A stretch of DNA of 64,000 bases from NCBI RefSeq assembly GCF_009914755.1, contig NC_060935.1; one strand, written 5' to 3'. The translations under genes were made by a program, and so were the position numbers. This document shows, piece by piece, positions 28,854 through 44,560 of this stretch. Positions within the stretch are counted from its first letter, which is position 1; every line of letters starts with the position of its first letter. This stretch comes from the human T2T-CHM13v2.0 reference genome, Homo sapiens. The notes beneath the pieces were generated by a model that was not told where the DNA came from, ran no database searches, and saw only the letters and a list, made by a program, of their open reading frames with translations.

Positions 28854-29163
<310 letters not shown>

Positions 29164-29720
29164 CGGGATGGCTTTTTTAAGTCACCGTATCCCTAACATG
29201 CAGCCTGTAGTAGGTGCTCAAAAAGTATTTGTTGAATTAGTTCCTTTGATTAATATTTTTGAATGCCCACTGTGTGTCACACATTGTGTGAAGTGTTGAG
29301 GTTATAAAGATGAAAAAGAAATTGTCTCCATTCTTACATTCTAGAAAGGGAGACAGGTCTATTAACCAGTAAAAAAAATGCAACGTGATGAGTGTGGGAA
29401 AAGAGGCTGTGGGAACACCGATGAGGGAACAATGAAATCTTCCAGGGAAGTAGAAGATGGGGTGTTAGGGAGCGCTTCAGAGAGAGACTGGAGAAGGACA
29501 GAGTGGGGTTCAAGCCAGCAAAATTATTTCCAAAGGGGAAGGATGGATGTCTGTGTCTAGGTGTGTATGTCTATGCCTTTATGTCTATGTGTCTACGTTG
29601 AAGTCTATATGTAAGTCTCTATGCCTAAGCCTCTGTCTCTCTATAAAGCATATGGAGAAGGGGCCACACTGGAGAAGTAAGGGAGAGTATGTGTAGGGAA
29701 AATGAGGGCAGAGGGTCTGA

Positions 29721-30290
<570 letters not shown>

Positions 30291-31209
30291 TGACGGGGCA
30301 AGTGCCTTCCCACCATGATGAGGAGATGATGTTTCCCGCAGAGGGTTCTGGGGAGGATGCAGTGAGATCATGTATGCAAAGCACCCCTCTTGGGGCTGCA
30401 CATGGTGGGAGCTGGGCAGTTGCCAGTTCCCTCTCCTTCCTCTCCCTCCTTGGCTGACTACCCAACAGGTGAAGATCTGACCTGTTCTCTGACCGAGCCC
30501 CGGGCGCCCCCAGCTGAGCCCCGTGGCAGGCAGCAGAGTCTCAGTGTCACATAAAGGCAATTTCTCTAGCTGATTCTTTTTAAAGAACAAAAAGCAAATT
30601 GCCTCTCAGTCTTACTTGGCTGCCTCAGCCGTGCGCTTTGCCAGAGTGTTTGCATTCAGGGATCCGTGGGGGTCCTGAGGTGGTGGGCCATGCGTGCTGC
30701 CTGTTCAGTGCAGCCCCCCGCTTTGTCTGATTTCCTAATACAGTGCAGCATTCGAATTTTTCTCTAAGCATCTGAAAGCGAAAGGGAAATTGTGACTGTG
30801 GATGAGTCCCTTTTAGCGACCTCTGTGAGATCTCCCCAAAGTTGTTCTCCAGCCCAATTAGAAACCTGCCTGACTTTCAGGAGCGGGAGTGCCTGCCGTT
30901 GAAGACTCCTGTTCCGAGCCCTAATTACTGCTTGATGGAATGAATAAAGACGTCATGTTTTCTGCATTTTACTTAGAGAGTTGCTGATGCGGTGAATGTT
31001 GGATGAAACGTCTCTTTCCTCAGAGAGATTAAAAACTAAGTGCCTCAGCGACAGAGCCAAGTGGCTGTTTTAACAACAGACTTCCCCTCCTGCGCTCCCT
31101 TGGCCTCGCAGTTGGAGCTGGTCTGGGCCCCTTCTGTTCTTTCCACTCTTCTGGAATCAAGGTGGAAGATGCCTTGACCATCGAATTTGACTGATTAAAA
31201 AAGAGACAC

Positions 31210-31430
31210 AAGCATCTGTTGAGCCCTTGCTGTGCATCCGACTTTTTCCATCCATTCTCTCATTTCTTTCTCACAGCAGCGTTATGAAACGGCTTGCTGT
31301 GCCCCTTGTGCAGATGAGGAAACTGAGGCTCACAGAGTTAGTGTCTTGCCCAAGGTCATCTGGATAGCAGGTAGCAGAACGGTGGTTTGAATTCAACCTC
31401 CAGTGCAGAGTTTGTGGTCTTTCTCCATCG
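31210..31430 (-). mobile_element. MIR
   Basis: CAGATGAGGAAACTGAGGCTCACAGAG...CTTGCCCAAGGTCA. Confidence 0.85.
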
Positions 31431-31514
31431 GCTCCAGGGACATTTCCTGGCCTGCGTGGTGGAACCTGCCCACCCCCTGAGGAGCCAACCAGTTCTTTTC
31501 CTTGACAGAGAATG

Positions 31515-32045
31515 GCACGGTATAGTGGTTAACTCCCACCATATGACAAATCTCCCCAAAACTTAGTGGCTCAAGACAATGAACTTGACTATTATTGATG
31601 GCTCTGTGTTTGGCTAGATGGCTCCTTTGGTCTTGGCCAGGTTGTCTGGGGCTGCAGGAACTGGGATGGCCTCCCTCAGTATCAGCTGTGGCAAGGACCA
31701 CATGGCCTCTTATCTTCCAAGAGGCTCGCCCAGGCCTGACCTCTTCCTCACACATTCTCCATGTCCATGTAGATGTAGATATCCATTCTTCCTCTTTGAA
31801 AGTAACTGAGCTGCCTTGGACCCTGTCTATCTTGCAGAAGAGGGAAGCCTGATGCCTAAGTACTTTTTACATCCTCTGTTATTTCATGTCTGTTAATGTC
31901 CGGTTGGCCAAAGGAAGTCATATGTCCAAGTCCAGACTCAAGGGATGGATAATGGACTCCTTCTCTTGATGGGAGGGGCCAAGAAGCCCCATTTGAAGGG
32001 GTGTGCCTGCAGGAACGAGGAAGGCTTTGTGGTCATTCTGCGTTA
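31515..32045 (-). mobile_element. Old MLT1 LTR (MLT1H/I/J/K-like)
   Basis: CCCCAAAACTTAGTGGCTCAAGACAA and TTGGCCAAAGGAAGTCATATGTCCAAGTCCAGA motifs. Confidence 0.7.
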
Positions 32046-33799
32046 CTGCAAAGGGTAACACCCACTCTTCAAAGGCCATTTCACAGCTCCTGGTCCTGTA
32101 AACTAAGGGTGTGGAGAGGGGGCTTACTGAGCTTCCACATCTGGACGGGATATCACGAGGCTGTGCCAGACAGATGCCTCATTTTGTTTGTTTGATGCGT
32201 GTGTTGCTGTTTTTTAAACACGCAGAGAATGTGAAAACACAACTTCCCTTTTGAATTGATCCTTGTTCTCACAACTAGTCATTACCTTTCATGATTGTTA
32301 TTAATATTTCCCTGGACCAGCTGCTGCAGATGAACCTGGAGTGCATGTTTGGAGTTGGTGGTGGGGAAGGTCCCTGTTCTGGGCTTGAGGCTCCAGGGAT
32401 GGAGGAGGGGACATTGGTGCCCCATGCCTGCCCTCTTCTCAGGCTCACAGCATGCCCTGGTTTCTCCATCTGGACTTAACAGAGTTTCCGCCGTTATCTG
32501 GGAGATGAAGACCAGAGGGTTTTAGGCCCTTTGAAGGAAGGAACGGTTCAGAAGAATGAGTCAGTGATGGAGTCTCTAGATGTCTTGCCAGCTCCATCTC
32601 AGCTACTGTATTCTCAGCCCCCTAGCCTCCCTCTTGTGCTTCCAGGGATATAGTGCCCCGTTTTCAGTGCAGAAAGTACTTTGATCAGAGGTTTGTGAAA
32701 ACCAGTTTCAAGGCTGCCAGCTTTGGGTATTCCTGGGGTGTGGGCCTCAGTTCCAGGTTGCCCTGAAACTCTCCTTTCAGCAGGGAGAGAAAAGGCAGTA
32801 GGAGCTACAAACACCTTGGGCCTTGTCCCCCAGCTCAGCCTTCTTGGGTGACTCACCCGAGCAAGGAGCAAGTCAAACTCAGCACAAGGGAACCCCTGCC
32901 CCAGAGCCCGTGACATAAAGGTGAAAGAAAGGCTTTTGGTGTCTCTTGCAGCCAGAGTATGTTTGAACATTAGAGGCTGGTTTTAGGTTTGACGCTTTCT
33001 CATGCTGGCATGAGCACCTAGCATGGGGCCTGGCGCATCAGAAAAGCTCTAGAAGCGACCTTGCCATCCGCCCACTCTGCAGGTGGCCGAAGCCCTTGGG
33101 TGGAAGGTTCCAGGGAGAGTAGTGCTGGCAGCCCTGATTCAGGTGTGTTTGGGGAAAGGGAAAGGTGAGACCTTCAGTGTGGGAGCCCCTAAGGCCTGCA
33201 GAAAAATGAGACTCTTAAAGCTGCTCCTCCCACAGCGGGAGGGTACCTCCACCCACCAGGCTTCCGGCTTCTCAGCGTGGCTGATTCCTGGTGCACTGTC
33301 AGCCTTTATGGGTCCCATTAGGGCAAGAGAGTAAGAGGTTTTATGGGAGTTTTTCCCCCCTCTGTCTTAAAAAAAAAGAAAACTAGAGTTTTCCTGCGAA
33401 TTAAACAAATGTCAAATCAGCTTTGGCTGCCTGAATGGCAGCCTTTCAGAGGCAGTGCCTGAGGCTAACTCAGGGAAATGGGGTTCCTGCTCTCTGGGCC
33501 TCCCAGCAAAGCCCACCTGGTTTTTGTTCTGCTCTTTGAACAGAGGGCTGAGGAGGGATGCTGGTCTTTGTTTTCCTCCCACAGTCAGGACTGGAGGAGA
33601 TCCTAGCCAGGAGTGCAGAGGCAGGGGTCTGGGGACCCTCTCCCCACCAGGAAGATCTTCAGGGGTTCTGGGAGTCCCTGGCATTACAGGCAGCATCACA
33701 AATATGCATGGAAAGTGAAATTGGAAGGGGTAAATCTGTAGCTTTGTTCTGATTCTCAAAGAGGTCAGTGACCTTCAAAAAGATTAAGAACTCATGAGA

Positions 33800-34501
<702 letters not shown>

Positions 34502-35734
34502 TCACATAGCACATTAGTGGCTGTTTGTTTAAAGATCAGGTCCCTCTGTTTAAGGCGGGGTGTGGGGGGGCGCAAAATTGAGGAGGGGAGGCTTTTTCTC
34601 ATTTGCAAGCAGCTTGTCTCATAATTGACTGGTTTTTTTTTGGTTCTGTTGTTGTTGTGTGTGTGGTTTTTTTTTTTTTTTTTTTTAAGTTGGAATCACT
34701 CCCAGAAGTAAAGGGGCTGAGATGAGCAAAATAAATAAGGAATAAGTAGGCTCAACGTGTGGGGGAAGTATAAAATACAAAGTGACTGAGTTTGGGGTGA
34801 AAATGACTCAGAGCTGAATGGGAACAGAAGTGAGCTGTGCCCTCTGTGTTCCTGGTCCAGGCTGAATGAGAGGAAGAGAACAGCATGAAGGATAAAGAAG
34901 CTGGGTGAGCTTCTTATATAGTTTTCTGGTACAGTGGGCTAAGCGGCTTCTTTTTAAATGGGGAACCCTAGGCTATCGGTGACCCCTGACTCCTACAGGT
35001 CTGGAGGATTGAAATGGAACCCTCACCTTCTGAGCCATTGATCCTCTCTCTTTGATTTTGCCAGAGTCCCTCTCCCCAGCTCAGTCCCAGCCAGGTACCC
35101 CGGGGCTGCCTTCCCCGGGCTCTCATCCTCCTCTTTCATCCAGCGGCTCCTTACAGTATAGTTCAGGAAGCCCCTGGGAGCCAGCTCCGTAGATTGCCCC
35201 CTCTTTCTTCTTGGTTGCTTTTGACAAGCTGTGGAGGCCCCCCTTCTAGTTTCTCTAAAATGATAAAAAGGTTGAAAACATCTTTTTGCTATTCTCAACT
35301 GATTGAGTTTTTGTTCCTGGAGCCAATCTCCATTTAGTGGACAAACAGAGCCCTATAGGAATTGATTACCATCCTGCTGGCTCCCCAGGGGACTGTTCAG
35401 GGAGTGCCAGCCCCTCTCTGGGAATGGGTGGGTAGCCATATGAGGACCCACCTGAAGAGGAAGGAAGGAATTGGCCTGGCAGCTTCTAGAAATTCCCTCA
35501 GGCTCACCTCATTTCAATCCTTTTGGACAGGCATTGATAACCCATTTTGCAGATGAGTAAACCAAGGCACAGAGAAGTAAAAGAGCATGCTCCAGTGTTG
35601 ACAGAGGAGGCTCTGAACACAGAACTGGCTGAGCCCGAAGCCCATAGTTCCGATTGAAGGCCTATCTGGGTATGAGGGTATCTGTCTCGCCTTAGTTTTC
35701 TGGCTGCATTTTCGTTAGTATCTTCTTCTTATTA

Positions 35735-36022
<288 letters not shown>

Positions 36023-36289
36023 AGTGTCTTATTAATATTAGAGTGCTAGATCTGACGATACAGGCCTGAAGGTAGGAGAGAAGGAGGAAGGTGGCAGAGG
36101 GATGATCTTCTGATGGGGAATCTCCAGAGCTGAGGTCACAAATGGGGAGACTGAGTCCCACTGGCAGATAGGTCATGTGCAGACATGCTGCTGTTTTGTT
36201 TGGCTTGGCAATGACTTTGAATGCCTGTGGGTAGGGCAGGCATTTTCCCATGGGCCACAGGCCCACCTCTCCCTGAGGCCACACACCTG

Positions 36290-36505
36290 CCAGGCTACAC
36301 TTACTTTATTGGCTTGGTGGGCTCGAGAGTGTGAATCTGCACATCTCTCCCTGATTCTGCCTTCAGTGACATCAGGCTGGCAGCTTGAAATTGGCCATCT
36401 TGGGTGTATTCCACCATAGAAGTCAGCAAACACTACAAATCAGGGCTTTTTATTTCTGCAGTTCGTTGTTTATTTTTTCAGAGCCAGTTTACCTGCACAG
36501 TACTG
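36290..36505 (+). mobile_element. MER63-like hAT element
   Basis: TTCAGTGACATCAGGCTGGCAGCTTGAAATTGGCCAT...CTACAAATCAGGGCTT. Confidence 0.75.
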
Positions 36506-36744
36506 CCTGTGGGCATTTTCTTTCAGCCCTCCTTTGAAAACTCTCTCCAGTTTGTACTAGGCATGATCATCCACCTTGCTTTATTTAAATCAGTCTCATT
36601 TACGCCTCACGACAAGCCTGCCCTGGAAGATGTCCCTGACCCCATCTTGAAAATAAAGAAACACATGCCGGGCATAGGGCGCAGGGCTTGGGTTCAAAGA
36701 CAAGTCCTTTGCCTTCAAGCGTCATACCCCTTGATGGGGCTTAA

Positions 36745-37374
<630 letters not shown>

Positions 37375-37883
37375 CTATCTCAGGAAGGCATGAACTAAAT
37401 AAAGGTAACACTCATCTTGGTCAGGAATGGGGAAGCACCGTTTGGACAAAGCTAACTATGCTACCAAGGTGGCTTTCCAGATGGGCTGGCCGGCAGGTTT
37501 AAGACCTCACTGGGCTTGTGCCCAGACCTGGGAAGTTAAAGTCAGATAGGAGAGGGTCACAGTCATCGCCCAGCAGTGGGAACTGTGACCTGAAGACAAA
37601 TACAGACAGGGGAGGATTTCATGAGAAAAGAGAACATGGGAGTGGTGAGAAACAGCAGAAGCCCTGTCCCAGGAAGGGGCCAGCCAGCCCCTGTTAGCGA
37701 TAAGCCAGAGCTGGAGAAAACAGAATCAAGATCCAGATAGATTTACAGGGCTGCATTGGTGGTTCCCAAATCTGCCTCTTTGTCAGAGTCATCCAGAGAG
37801 CTTTAATAAGAGAAAACAATGTGTATGGCCAGACCTTGCCTCAGACTTACTTGGAATGGCCAGAAGTGGGGCCTGGAAGTCTG

Positions 37884-38158
<275 letters not shown>

Positions 38159-39554
38159 AAGTCTGAATTTTAAAAAACTTTCCAAGTGATACTGATGACT
38201 GGCCAAGTTAGGGACCCCTGGGAAAGATGAACGTGTTACTTGTCAGTGACGGCTGTTAAATATCAAAACGAGTATTTGAGGGAGGCTAGGCACCAGCATC
38301 ACTCATGCAATAAAGTGTTTGAAGACTTGACACTGCTCTGCCCTTACAACAGTAGGTGGGCCAGTCTCCTGCCCTCTCCAAGTGTACAGAATAGAATTAG
38401 GCACAGGGGACAAAATCTCTCTGAGCCTCATTTTCCTCATCAGTTAAATAAGACAAATACTACTTACAGCATGGGGTCTTTGCGAGGATGACATCAAGAA
38501 GCAGTGTGACAGCCATCAGCAAGTTCCCAGCTTAGCGTCTGAGTGGGGTGGGTCCTCTGTAGCTGTTGTCCATGGCTTTTGCTGCAAGAGCTTCCTCTTT
38601 CAGTCCAAATTCTACATGGGTTGTGGTTCTACCTTGTGTCAGGGACATTCCAGGCCCTGGAGGATATTGAAGTGAGGGAGGCCTTGTTTTCATCCTCAGA
38701 GAGCTTACAGCATAGCAGGGAGGTAGATGTGTAAAACCCCCTGCCCTTCAGCCACGCTGGGCACAGAGCGTGGAGAGGTGGCACAAGCTTGCCGTGGGCC
38801 TGGTGCAAGAGGGATCATGGGTCAGGGAAGCTGCTTAAATGGAATTCCAAAGGAAGTTACAGGGTTTTGGTAGGATGGAGAAAGTTCTTTAGTTGTGCCA
38901 GGTCAATGAGGCTGGTGGGCAGCAGGGAAAGACCGCACAGGCGGTGGCTGGGGAGAGGGTGTACCTGGGGTCTCTATGCCTTTTCTAATAGGCTTCTTGT
39001 TCTTGCCCTCTTTTTCTCTCTTTCCTCCCATCTCCCTTCCTGAGAAATGATACCCATCAGGTGCAGACACTTGAAAAAGTTCATCTGCTTGGTGCTTGAT
39101 TTATCATTCAAACCTTCAGTAACTGATTTCCAGTCTCATAAAATATTAAATACGTCCATTTATTGAATATCGCATTTTGATATGTTTTGACGCCTCATTT
39201 GCCACTGAAGTCAAGGACAGATTCACGTTTTTCATGGCATGGGGCCCAGATTTGTCCTCGTACAGTGTTGTATTAAATCCCCTCCCCACGCCCCTCCTCT
39301 GCAGACCCACGCTCCTCAGCGTCTCACTTGAGCAGCCACCCTGACGGCCCAGTTGGCATGGACCATGGCAGGCCCAGGGCAGAATGGCCACATGTATCAT
39401 CCCCAGGGAGAGTTATTTACATAGCGCTGTAAACATTTGTGGAAGGAAAGACAAGGTCTCTGCCAGACATCTCTAGATTCCGCATCAGACAGTGGCCAAG
39501 CCAGGGGTAGAGCCCGAGGGGAGAAACTGTGTCCTCCCACAGGCCTGTGAGCAC

Positions 39555-41270
39555 ACTCATTCCGTCCATTCATCTGCTCATGCTGGCAACTGAGGTTTAA
39601 GAAGCACCTACTAAGTGTTAGATACTGAGCTAGGCCCTGGGGATTTTACGATGGAAAGCTGTTGTGCATGAGAGTGCCGCAGGTGTTGGGGGAGAAGTGT
39701 GTCGTTAGGAGCTGTGAGCATGGAGAGGAGGGCATGCAGTTCTCCCACGGAGGTGACTGGGAGTGATGGGGCCGTGGAAAGACTTTAGAGAAGGAACAGC
39801 CCTTGAGCTCAGGCTTCAGCTAAGAATGAGTTTGCAGATGGCCGAGGAGGATAAGGGCGTTCCAGTCAGGGCGTGCTGCTGGAGCAGTGGCATGGAGGGG
39901 AATCTGCATGTTTTGAGGCTGGGTGCTATTCTGTATGGCTGGGGATGGAGGGTTCCGGAGGGGCCTGGTAGGAGTTTAGGGTGGCCAGGAGGTAAGAGCA
40001 GGTCACAGAGGGCTTAGAAGCCACAAAGGTGATGGAATTTGGGTGGTCTCCTGGAGATGGCAAGGGAATGCCACAATTCATTGGATGAGAGGATGGTTTG
40101 GAGCAGGGCAAGACCAGAGGCAAGGATGCCAGTTGGGAGGCTCGGCTCAGTGGTCCAGGTGAGAAATGAGGAGGAGGAGGAGGACAGGCTTCGGGGAGAC
40201 ATTCAGGAAGTGGACTGCATGGTGGTGACCGGTTCAGTATTGGTGGGCCCTTAGGCTGGGTTTCCCCAAAAGTACACCCTGAGAAAATGACTTGTATTGT
40301 AACGGGTTTGGTTGAGGGGCGATCATGGGAATCAGCAATGGCACAGTGAGGCAGGGAGGGGCACCTGTGTTTAGCACCACAGCACGTTGGTGTGCAGGAG
40401 GCCGGGAGAAGGCCTTCATGAAGAGAGCCCAGGTGCTTGCAGCTTGGGGAAGGGGCTGGGGCAGGGCCCTGTGGGCATCTGCACGGTGGGTGAGGGGAGG
40501 GAGGAGTCAAGTCTGATTCCCAGGACCACACGTTGGGTGGAAATGCCATTCAGATAGAAAGAATTTGGGGGAGTGGCCATTTGGGGGCAGAAAGGGGATG
40601 ACAAATTCAGCTTTGCCATGTTGAGTTTGGGGTGCCTGTAAGCTGGCCACATGGAAGCACCCAGCAGGAAGTTGATTGATGGGGTGTGGAATCCAGGAGA
40701 GGGGTGTGGGCGTGAGACACAGATTTGGGCTTTATTTGGGTAGAGATGCAGCCAAAGCCACGGGCCCAGATTGTGTCACTTATAGTCACTTAAGAAGAGC
40801 AGAGAGCAGATGAGAGAGGAAAGAGCTGGGAAACACAGGAATTTATAGAACAATCTGGGGAAGAAAGCCTGGCAAGTCAACTGAGGAGCAACTGGAGAAG
40901 GTGGAGGGAAAAACGAGGGCAGGTGAGACCCGGGATTCCAGGGGGTGGTTGCCAGTTGGAAGAGATTGGAAAAGACAGTTGCTGCCGAGAGGAGTCAAAT
41001 CAGGTGAGGGTGGAAAAGCTTTCGCTGGGCAATGAGGAGGTCATGGGGCTTTTGCAGGGAATGTTTTCAGTCGTGTGGTAAGGAGCAGAAGCCAGAGAGG
41101 CAGCTGTACGAGGTTTTTGAGCAAGGAAGTGTCAAGGTCAAAGTGGCATTTTAGAAGATGATTCTGGAAAAGGTGTGTAAGGTCAGAGATAGGAGAGGCT
41201 GAGGTCAGGAGGCCAGCAATGAGGCTGCTGCAGGCTTCCAGCCAGCTGGGAGTGCAGCAGTGAGCTTAGA
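39555..41270 (-). mobile_element. L2 remnants with a probable old ERVL-type LTR fragment at ~40235-40450
   Basis: AGCACCTACTAAGTGTTAGATACTG and TTCAGCTTTGCCATGTTGAGTTTG motifs; boundaries approximate. Confidence 0.65.
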
Positions 41271-42295
41271 GAATGTGGGAGGCTTGCTTGAGTCCAGGAG
41301 TTTGAGACCAGCCTGGACAATGCAGTGAGACCCCATCTATACAAAAAGTATAGGAAGAAAAGGAGAAATCTGGGAGGCGGAGTGCAAGGAATACTTGCTA
41401 AGACTCAAAATCGCTAGGCTAAGAGGACACATTTACAAAGGCTCTTGGGGCCAGCCCCACTGGCCACACTCTGTGTGTGTGTGCACGCATGTGTATTTTT
41501 CAGGGCTAAATGCTGTCATCAGTAACACAGTCTCTGCCCCTACCCATACTGAGAGGTGACCTTGGTTGTGATCCTCACCCCTCTAGGGCTTTTTCCTCAT
41601 TGTGGAGGAAGCAGTGACCCCCCTTCTAAGTTGTGAGACTCACAAGAATGATGCCTTTCAAAGCACTGTGTAGGTTGTGATGAAGCATATGGGTTTTTAA
41701 CTACGGTGCAAACAACTGTCAGGGCTTGTGTCTCTGCAGGGCCCAGAAGGTGCCCCAGAAGCTGACCCTGCTACCTCCTGCCCTGCTCCTCTGCCCCCAG
41801 CCCCACCCTTCTGGAAGCGCCTGTGTCTCCTGACCTTGGATGCTCCTTCTTCAAGGTGGATAGGCCTGGCTGGCTGGCGGCCTGTGGATACAAAAGTGAC
41901 CTGCCAGCAGGAGCCTTTTTTTCTTTCCTCTTCCATTCAGAGCTAGTCTGCAACCCACTGGCAGGGAGAGTGTTGAATCTGATTTGCTGAAATACAATAG
42001 CAGATTGATTTTGTAGCCACCAGTGCCTGTAACAAATTCCAAGTGAAGTTTGGATTGCACAATTGTGGGGTAATGACATTTTAATTGCATGTCATATTTA
42101 GTCTGGCTCAATCTGAAGCCTGGGGTGGAGGCCCAACCCTGCGTGCTCCCAGCGCCTCCCCTCCTGCTTCAGTTGGGCCTGTTTGGTCCCTCTCAGAGTT
42201 TTCTCTCTTTCCGCCAGCCCCTCCCACCTCGGGGATCTGGGTGCAGGCAGGTGGGGGTGAAGTCGAAGACAGTTCTGGGCTTGCATCTGTTTCAG

Positions 42296-42436
42296 ACTTT
42301 TTTTTTTTTAGAGCTGTTTGTTTTTGCCATCTTGCCGTGTTGCCCAGGGTGACCTCAAACTCCTGGGCTCCTCTGATCTTCCTGCCTCAGCCTCCCAAGT
42401 AGCTGGGACCATGGTCATGTGCCTCCACTCCTGGCT
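42296..42436 (-). mobile_element. FLAM-type Alu monomer
   Basis: Short monomer lacking the right-arm insert. Confidence 0.75.
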
Positions 42437-42535
42437 GTTTGAGACATTTTCCCCCTTTCCCCTTTCCCAAAGGTAGCTTTCCCTACCTTTGTTTTTCCCT
42501 CTCTGCTTTCCCTTTTCCCCCATCTTTGCAGTTGC

Positions 42536-42833
42536 TTTTTTTTTTTTTTTTTTTTTTTTTTTTTGAGACAGAGTTTTGCTCTGTTGCCCAGGCTGGAGGT
42601 CTCGGTTCACTGCAACCTCCGCCTCCCAGGTTCCAGCAATTCTCCTGCCTCAGCCTCCTGAGTAGCTGGGACTACAGGTGCGTGCCACCTGCCTGGCTAA
42701 TTTTTGTATTTTTAGTACAGATGCGGTTTCACCATGTTGGCCAGGCTGGTCTCGAACTCCTGACCTCAGGTGATCCATCTGCCTCGGCCTCCCAAATTGC
42801 TGGGATTACAGGCATGAGCCATACGCCCAGCCT
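42536..42833 (-). mobile_element. AluS
   Basis: Dimer with a long T-tract and a small right-arm deletion. Confidence 0.93.
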
Positions 42834-44229
42834 GCACATCTTAATGGACCTGCCTTCTACCCCTTTCTCCTTCTACTGCTTTTTCTTTCCTCTTCTACAC
42901 TTGGTTTTCCTGTCCCTCCTTTCCTCGGCTCTCTCCACTAACCTGCTGTGTGATCTTGGACATGTCACTTCCCCTCTCCGAGCCCCAGTCCTCTCATTTA
43001 TGAAATGCAGGGCTTAGACTGATTGGTCTCTGTGAGCCTTTGATATGCATGGGATTCCTCCTTGTGTGCATCCCTCCTTCCCTCCCCATCTGCCTTCTCC
43101 TGTCTCTCGCTTCTTGGTTTCGCTTTGTTTTTATGGCGATGCTCGGAGCAGGAGTCTCTCATTCCACAATACAGGTGGAGGCCTGGACTGCCTGTTATGA
43201 TCCGTGAGCCTTCCACAGGAGAGTGACTCAGTGAGGAGCTGATTTGCTCCCTTCCCCCAGAACAGCCAAGTAATTGAAGAAAACATGAATGTTAATGATG
43301 CATTTAGCGTTTGGAAGTTAGAGGGGTGATTAATATGTTGTAAGTTGTATATTAACACCTTCACAGTGGCATAATGAAGACAAAATATACACTCAGAGAT
43401 GAGATTGTTTATTCTTGTGTGCAGCACTCCTGGATGCCAACCCCCTAAGCCTCGGAACACGTGGCATGGCTGTGTGTTGCTGGGAGAGGGTGGCCGCAGG
43501 GATGGTGTCTGGCTTCGTGGTTTCTGCTGATGAGCTCTCTCACCTGTCCTGGGGCTGGCCCAGGCAGCCGGAGTGGAGGGTGGAGAGCACAGTGGGCTGG
43601 GGGCTTGGAGTCTGTGAGAGACCAGATGGTAGGGGACACTGTCATTCAGGAGTGGCATGCCCAGAAGACAGTGCAGCATGTTCTTTGTGGTCTGCGGAGC
43701 TCACTCTAAGTTTTCAAAGGAACGACAGGATAGGAGAAGTGAAGGGAGGATGCAGGAAATAGGAAATGCCTGCAGTGTCTTGAGCTTCAGGAACTCTGGG
43801 ATTTGCCCATTCTGCCCTAGGGAGGTCCCCCTCCCCAGCAAGGGGATTCTTGCTACAGGTTATGCCTAGTGAGTCACAAGCCTGGGTGCAAGCAAAACAT
43901 GTTGATTGGAAACTCTCTGACCAGGTTCTGTATTGGTGCTCAGGCCTTTTACATGAGAACCACAGAGTCTCAGAATGTCAGCGCAGGAAGAGCCTTGAAA
44001 GAACGTCCGGCCCATGTCCTGTCGTTTTCAACAGGAAACCAAGGCCCAGTGAGCGGACAAGACTTTGATTTGGATTGACAGCTCGAGGCAGAACCAGGAG
44101 AGGGTCAGCTCACCTTCGTTCAGCCCCTGGGACTCTAGATTGGGGTGCAGAGATCTAGGGACTCTGGCCCCTCGATGACTCCCTTGGCCCATTTGTCCAG
44201 GAGGCCACATAGGAACTCCACCCAGTAGC

Positions 44230-44560
44230 TCCAAAGTGTGGAATAGCGGATAGGATGTAGAGAGATTTGAATCCTAGCTCTGCTGATTACTGGATGTGTG
44301 GCTGTGAGAAAGTGGTTTCATCTCTTCGGGCCTTAGTATCTCCATCTGTCAAAGAGGAACAATAATATTTAATATGCAGTATAATTGTAAGGATCACTTG
44401 CATCCTGAACACACACACTAAAAAATGATTAGCATTAACGTGTGCGTGTCTGCATGCATGCACGTGTGTGTGTGAAATACCAAGTACAGTTTCTGGCAAA
44501 AGACAAGGAAGGCGCTCAAAAAATGGTGATAATGGTGTATCATAATTGTTACTGTTATCA
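44230..44560 (+). mobile_element. MIR with embedded CA/TG repeats
   Basis: TTTGAATCCTAGCTCTGCTG...CCTTAGTATCTCCATCTGTCAAA. Confidence 0.7.

Noticed and set aside
40369-40390. TTTAGCACCAC resembling a REST/NRSE site
   Set aside because: Only the left half matches; the GGACAG half is absent.
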